Positions 28,465 to 32,000 of a DNA stretch of 32,000 nt are shown here, in pieces. The stretch lies in the sequence record PQ664488.1; one strand, 5' to 3'. The position numbers and the translations under genes were made by a program. The notes under the pieces are model-generated. The model saw only the letters and a program-made list of their open reading frames with translations, searched no databases and was not told the DNA's origin. Positions within the stretch are counted from its first letter, which is position 1. The number at the start of each line of letters is the position of its first letter. The DNA comes from Obesumbacterium phage Ob_P.

Positions 28465-30132
28465 TTATGCAAAGAATTTACCGTTTTTGAAATCAATCAA
28501 AGTACGTTGCCCGTTTGCATAGGTAATTAAATGCGTTTGCGTCCAGCTTGACGCGCCCACGTTGTAGCCCATATCAAGCGACCCCGCCACGCCAGCGGTA
28601 TAAACGCCGCCGTAAATGCTAGCCGTGTGAGTGTGACCAGTGTTAAGGCGTCCCAACTTTTTAAACTGCTTAGGATTGCCCCGACTGCCGTTAATGCCAT
28701 TGTGACCATGTACGCCGCATTCAATGCCAGCGATTTTAAATGACTGGTCAGTAGTCAGGAAAATAGCGTTAAATTCGCAACCTGCGACACTACGCAAGGC
28801 GTAATCTAGCACGTTAAAGGTATCATCCTTTTCAGCAATAGCGGCGTATATAGCAGCGTTTAGACGGTGATACAATTCCGCGTTTGCGGGATCGTCTTTA
28901 ATGTTAGCGTTACGATCATCTAACCAGCGGGATAAAGCTAAATCATGGTTAGATTCAACAATGATTGTTTGAGAGAAATCACGTTCCATAGATTCTAATA
29001 CGCGTCCAGTATCGATAAGATCATCAATAACTTTATCACGTCCGGCGGCGTATTGTTTCGCAAGGAATACACCACTAGCGCGGTTATGATGGTTACGCGA
29101 TGTAAAATCATGCACGTCATGAATAAATTGATATTTCGGTTTAAGAATATCAAGCAAGCTGTTTTCACTAGCCCATGATGCAACGGCGCATTCATCATCT
29201 AATTTTTCGGCGTGAATATCGCCATATTGCAAGCCTAGAACATGATCGGACGTTTCAAAACATCCGGTAGGCATAGCGCAAACATTCAAATCATAGAACA
29301 TTCCGCTTTCATCCATTGTTTCAAGCTGGCGGCAATAAAATTCCCCGTCGTCGTCAAATTCTACCAGCAAAGCGCCGAAATTATGCAGAGCCTCAGCTTT
29401 TTGACCTGCTTTCTGCTGAATGTAGTTTTTAAGCGTAGCCGTTCCGGTTGAATACATACGGCGCACTACTTCACCTTTTAACGCTGGTACACTTTCAGCG
29501 GTAATTTTTGCCGCACCAATTGCCAGACCTTCAATATTTAAAGCCGTGGCGGTTTCTGCGAATCCTGTAAGCGGATAATCTGCCGTTGGTAATACGTTAA
29601 TTTCAGACATGAAAGCAAAGCGGCGATTATTCAGGAAAACATTTTTATCACAGATATATTTATCAAATGCGGGATCGTATTTAATTTTTTCTTTGCTGCC
29701 GTCGCCGTTCTGGAATCCATTTTTATTGTAAATGAATTTACTAACCAGCAATTCACCGCCGATATATTCAGCGAATTTTTCCAGACTTGCTAAAAAGTTT
29801 TTATGCGGGAAAGTATTATTTTGAATCGACGTTAGAATAAAACGGCGACCGGATTTAACTTCCCATTGTTCAATGGTACTAGAAACAATTCCCGCCGCTT
29901 CTGGGCGATCATCATTTTTAATCGCCTTTTCAGCTTTTGCCGCTTTCGGTTTAGCTGGCTTATTTGCTTCCAACCAGTCGCAAATTGCGGTTGAATGTTT
30001 CGTTGTATCGTAAACAGCTTTTGATATATCGTCGCAAACTTCCAGCTTAGTAGCGCGTAAACGTTTACCGTAGAAATTAAAATCAGCGGCAAGTTTAACG
30101 ATCTGGGCTTGTTTTTCTGCGGAAATATTCAT
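28465..30132 (-). CDS. A1: A1-like host DNA degradation protein with metallophosphoesterase-type motifs (555 aa)
   Basis: Length close to T5 A1 as recalled, adjacent to dmp-like and A2-like genes; DVHD, ESNHD, GVHGHNG and NTGHTH motifs. Confidence 0.82.
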   Translation of the reverse strand: MNISAEKQAQIVKLAADFNFYGKRLRATKLEVCDDISKAVYDTTKHSTAICDWLEANKPAKPKAAKAEKAIKNDDRPEAAGIVSSTIEQWEVKSGRRFILTSIQNNTFPHKNFLASLEKFAEYIGGELLVSKFIYNKNGFQNGDGSKEKIKYDPAFDKYICDKNVFLNNRRFAFMSEINVLPTADYPLTGFAETATALNIEGLAIGAAKITAESVPALKGEVVRRMYSTGTATLKNYIQQKAGQKAEALHNFGALLVEFDDDGEFYCRQLETMDESGMFYDLNVCAMPTGCFETSDHVLGLQYGDIHAEKLDDECAVASWASENSLLDILKPKYQFIHDVHDFTSRNHHNRASGVFLAKQYAAGRDKVIDDLIDTGRVLESMERDFSQTIIVESNHDLALSRWLDDRNANIKDDPANAELYHRLNAAIYAAIAEKDDTFNVLDYALRSVAGCEFNAIFLTTDQSFKIAGIECGVHGHNGINGSRGNPKQFKKLGRLNTGHTHTASIYGGVYTAGVAGSLDMGYNVGASSWTQTHLITYANGQRTLIDFKNGKFFA

Positions 30133-30186
30133 AACTAATTCAACTCCTATAAAGGGATAAATATTAATACTGGCAATATTGCCAAA

Positions 30187-30230
30187 TATAACGCCTTGCC
30201 TGAAGTGAGGACAATTTAAAAGGCGTTATA
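30187..30230. repeat. 11-bp inverted repeat TATAACGCCTT / AAGGCGTTATA in the A1 upstream region
   Basis: Direct reading; 22-nt spacer; next to palindrome TGGCAATATTGCCA at 30171-30184. Confidence 0.85.
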
Positions 30231-30241
30231 ATTTGCAACAT

Positions 30242-30466
30242 TTAATTAAGCGGCATTAAACTAGAACAAAAGCCAAATACAATGCCAATTGTAAGAAAGA
30301 TAATTGACAGATATTTTTGAATGTTCGCGTTTTTGCGGAAATTATTTGCGGCGTAAACGTTATTAATTCCAATTATTGCCAGAATTGACCTCGTATAATT
30401 CAGAATAAAAGCGGCGGCAATAATAAATAAACCTAAAATAAACGCTTCGCTAGGATAAAAGATCAA
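30242..30466 (-). CDS. Small two-TM membrane protein, pre-early (74 aa, TTG start)
   Basis: FILGLFIIAAAFILNY and KYLSIIFLTIGIVFGFC hydrophobic segments; AAGGAG Shine-Dalgarno before TTG. Confidence 0.6.
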   Translation of the reverse strand: MIFYPSEAFILGLFIIAAAFILNYTRSILAIIGINNVYAANNFRKNANIQKYLSIIFLTIGIVFGFCSSLMPLN

Positions 30467-30516
30467 GATTATTCTCCTTTAAGGGTTAGCGGGGAATATT
30501 CCCCGCTAGTTAAAAT

Positions 30517-30933
30517 TTATTCACCTGCGGCCTGTTTTACTTCCTCCGCTACGCCTAACAATTGCGCTACAGCTTCCAGCGTTTCAAGTTTTGCACTTTC
30601 CAGACTTGCCAGATCGTCGGCGTCTTTAATAACGCCAGCGTCAATGGCATGTTTAGCCATAACGCGCACATAGTGAGCTTTACGGACACTAGACCCGCCG
30701 CCAACTTTACGCGGTTTATCGCTTTTCTGGTATGCTTTTGCGCTTGTCAGTTTAGAACGTACAGAAACAGGACTTGCAGCGCCAACGGCGGCGGCAATTT
30801 CTTTCAGGCCGTCACTGTTAGCAAATTCAATTCCGCTTTTAGCGACCATTTCAGAATACATAGAAACAGCTTTTTCGGTGTTTTCTTCGTTCCAAGAGAA
30901 TTTTGCGGTTTTTTCGGTTTTAACGTTAGACAT
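30517..30933 (-). CDS. A2: A2-like pre-early DNA-binding/transfer protein (138 aa)
   Basis: Size, position next to A1-like gene, charged HTH-like character; second-step transfer role known for T5 A2. Confidence 0.75.
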   Translation of the reverse strand: MSNVKTEKTAKFSWNEENTEKAVSMYSEMVAKSGIEFANSDGLKEIAAAVGAASPVSVRSKLTSAKAYQKSDKPRKVGGGSSVRKAHYVRVMAKHAIDAGVIKDADDLASLESAKLETLEAVAQLLGVAEEVKQAAGE

Positions 30934-30992
30934 AATTTAATACTCCATTCAATTATTAATTAAGGGATTATGATTAACTAAATGTTAATCGC

Positions 30993-31019
30993 TATATATT
31001 CTATTAGCTAGAATATATA
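30993..31019. repeat. 11-bp inverted repeat TATATATTCTA / TAGAATATATA with 5-nt loop, upstream of A2
   Basis: Direct reading. Confidence 0.85.
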
Positions 31020-31219
31020 ACGGAAACATTTTATTTTTATTTCCAGTTTCAAGCGGTTTATTAATTCCCGAATATATTTATATTCTCACCTTATCCGGCT
31101 TGCCAGAGAATTAATAAGGCAACATTGTATTTATACGCTGTTTATTATTCCGTTCACGCTAGGAATATTTCGAGTTATCTTTATTGCCTAACTAAGCATG
31201 ATATGTAAGGCGCATTAAT

Positions 31220-31471
31220 TTATGCGATAGCTTGCCATTTATCATCTTTCTGAATGATTTTTACAACGTCGCCAGATTTAACACGGACGTTATAAATAGG
31301 CTTGCCGTGGTTACTGCGTTCCGTTTCCGCATAGACCGCTTCAATCTTATCAAAGGGATCAAGCGCCGCACCTTTAATACGTTCGGCTTTTCCGGTTAAT
31401 TCATCCGTTTTAGTTACAAAAGGAATGAATACAGATTGACCTACTTTCGGCGCGGTAATAACGTTTTGCAT
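31220..31471 (-). CDS. Pre-early protein of unknown function (83 aa)
   Basis: ORF with GGAG Shine-Dalgarno and its own promoter. Confidence 0.7.
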   Translation of the reverse strand: MQNVITAPKVGQSVFIPFVTKTDELTGKAERIKGAALDPFDKIEAVYAETERSNHGKPIYNVRVKSGDVVKIIQKDDKWQAIA

Positions 31472-31493
31472 TTTTAATACTCCGGTTTATTGG

Positions 31494-31547
31494 GGATTAT
31501 TCCACAATAGCGCCTCGATACTTTGAAACGCTATTAGATTATAATCC
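31494..31547. repeat. Nested inverted repeats in 5' leader of the 83 aa gene
   Basis: GGATTAT/ATAATCC outer arms (31494-31500, 31541-31547) enclosing AATAGCG/CGCTATT (31506-31512, 31529-31535). Confidence 0.7.
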
Positions 31548-31610
31548 GCTAGGAGTTAGCCTAAACATTACCGTTATCCAAATTTTTAAAGAGCAGTTAC
31601 TACGGGGAAC

Positions 31611-31639
31611 ATCTTAAAACCTATCGGCTAGCGTGTCAA
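31611..31639 (-). promoter_or_regulatory. Strong sigma70 promoter
   Basis: TTGACA - 17 nt - TAAGAT on the minus strand; -35 overlaps the stop of the 69 aa ORF. Confidence 0.85.
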
Positions 31640-31845
31640 GCGTTTTTTAAACTTTTTTCGATTTGATGGGAGTTATATAAATCAATCATTATATTACGCC
31701 ACACCATTTCCAGCCCTTGTTGCTTGCCTTTCTTGTATTGCTTGAATCTGTATTTTACAGATCGTTGCGCTACTGTCAACAAATTTTTTGTTCTGCTATC
31801 AAGTGACTTGATAGGCTTGCCAGTGATCAAAAGCGTTTGTTTCAT
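31636..31845 (-). CDS. Small basic pre-early protein, unknown (69 aa)
   Basis: MKQTLLITGKPIKSLDSRTKNLLTVAQRSVKYRFKQYKKGKQQG...; start overlaps preceding stop (ATGA). Confidence 0.6.
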   Translation of the reverse strand: MKQTLLITGKPIKSLDSRTKNLLTVAQRSVKYRFKQYKKGKQQGLEMVWRNIMIDLYNSHQIEKSLKNA

Positions 31846-32000
31846 TTGAGATCCTCCAAAGCATATAAACCATTCCCATCATTGCAGATTATTACCGCTT
31901 CCGAATGATTAGCATAGTATTCATTTGCAGTCTTTACCCATTGTTCGATTTTTTCGATCGTGTCGTGGGTAGCTGGATGATCGTTAAATATTGTTGTCAT
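31842..32000 (-). CDS. Small acidic pre-early protein, possibly cut by the right edge
   Basis: Manual reading: MTTIFNDHPATHDTIEKIEQWVKTANEYYANHSEAVIICNDGNGLYALEDLK*; ATG falls exactly at the window end so the true start is uncertain. Confidence 0.55.
   Translation of the reverse strand: MTTIFNDHPATHDTIEKIEQWVKTANEYYANHSEAVIICNDGNGLYALEDLK

Noticed and set aside
1-32000. CRISPR arrays, integrase, transposon or prophage attachment signals, diversity-generating retroelement
   Set aside because: No regularly spaced repeats, recombinase/transposase/RT motifs or template-repeat pairs were seen; content fits a lytic T5-like phage.

Overview
The window looks like the right-hand part of a T5-like siphophage genome (Demerecviridae type). 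Family assignments rest on recalled T5 gene order, protein lengths and motifs; no database search was run. From about 1 to 25.4 kb there is a late structural block on the minus strand. Read left to right it encodes: L-shaped tail fibre (cut by the left edge), fibre collar protein, pb4-like and pb3-like hub proteins, pb9-like distal tail protein, tape measure, two tail chaperone ORFs, baseplate tube protein, Ig-domain major tail protein, tail terminator and connectors, HK97-type capsid, prohead protease, Ig-domain decoration protein, portal, HNH protein, TerL, TerS and receptor-binding protein. A short plus-strand block at 25.45-26.74 kb encodes an Llp-like lipoprotein and a chain of tiny membrane proteins. 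From 26.9 kb to the right edge is a minus-strand block resembling the T5 pre-early (first-step-transfer) region, with dmp-like, A1-like and A2-like genes plus small unknowns. The most interesting signals are: (1) a 26-nt window where the two tail chaperone frames overlap, suggesting +1 (or -2) frameshifting; (2) sigma70-like pre-early promoters overlapping inverted repeats with a shared TTGCCAG/CTGGCAA word; (3) calcineurin-like metallophosphoesterase motifs in the A1-like nuclease; (4) an Llp-like lipoprotein divergent from the RBP gene; (5) a uniform terminator/leader module placed directly against start codons; (6) a good promoter inside the called 5' end of the HNH ORF; (7) three same-strand GCGCGGT words resembling the T5 nick consensus; (8) small TM/coiled-coil ORFs, one possibly frame-disrupted.
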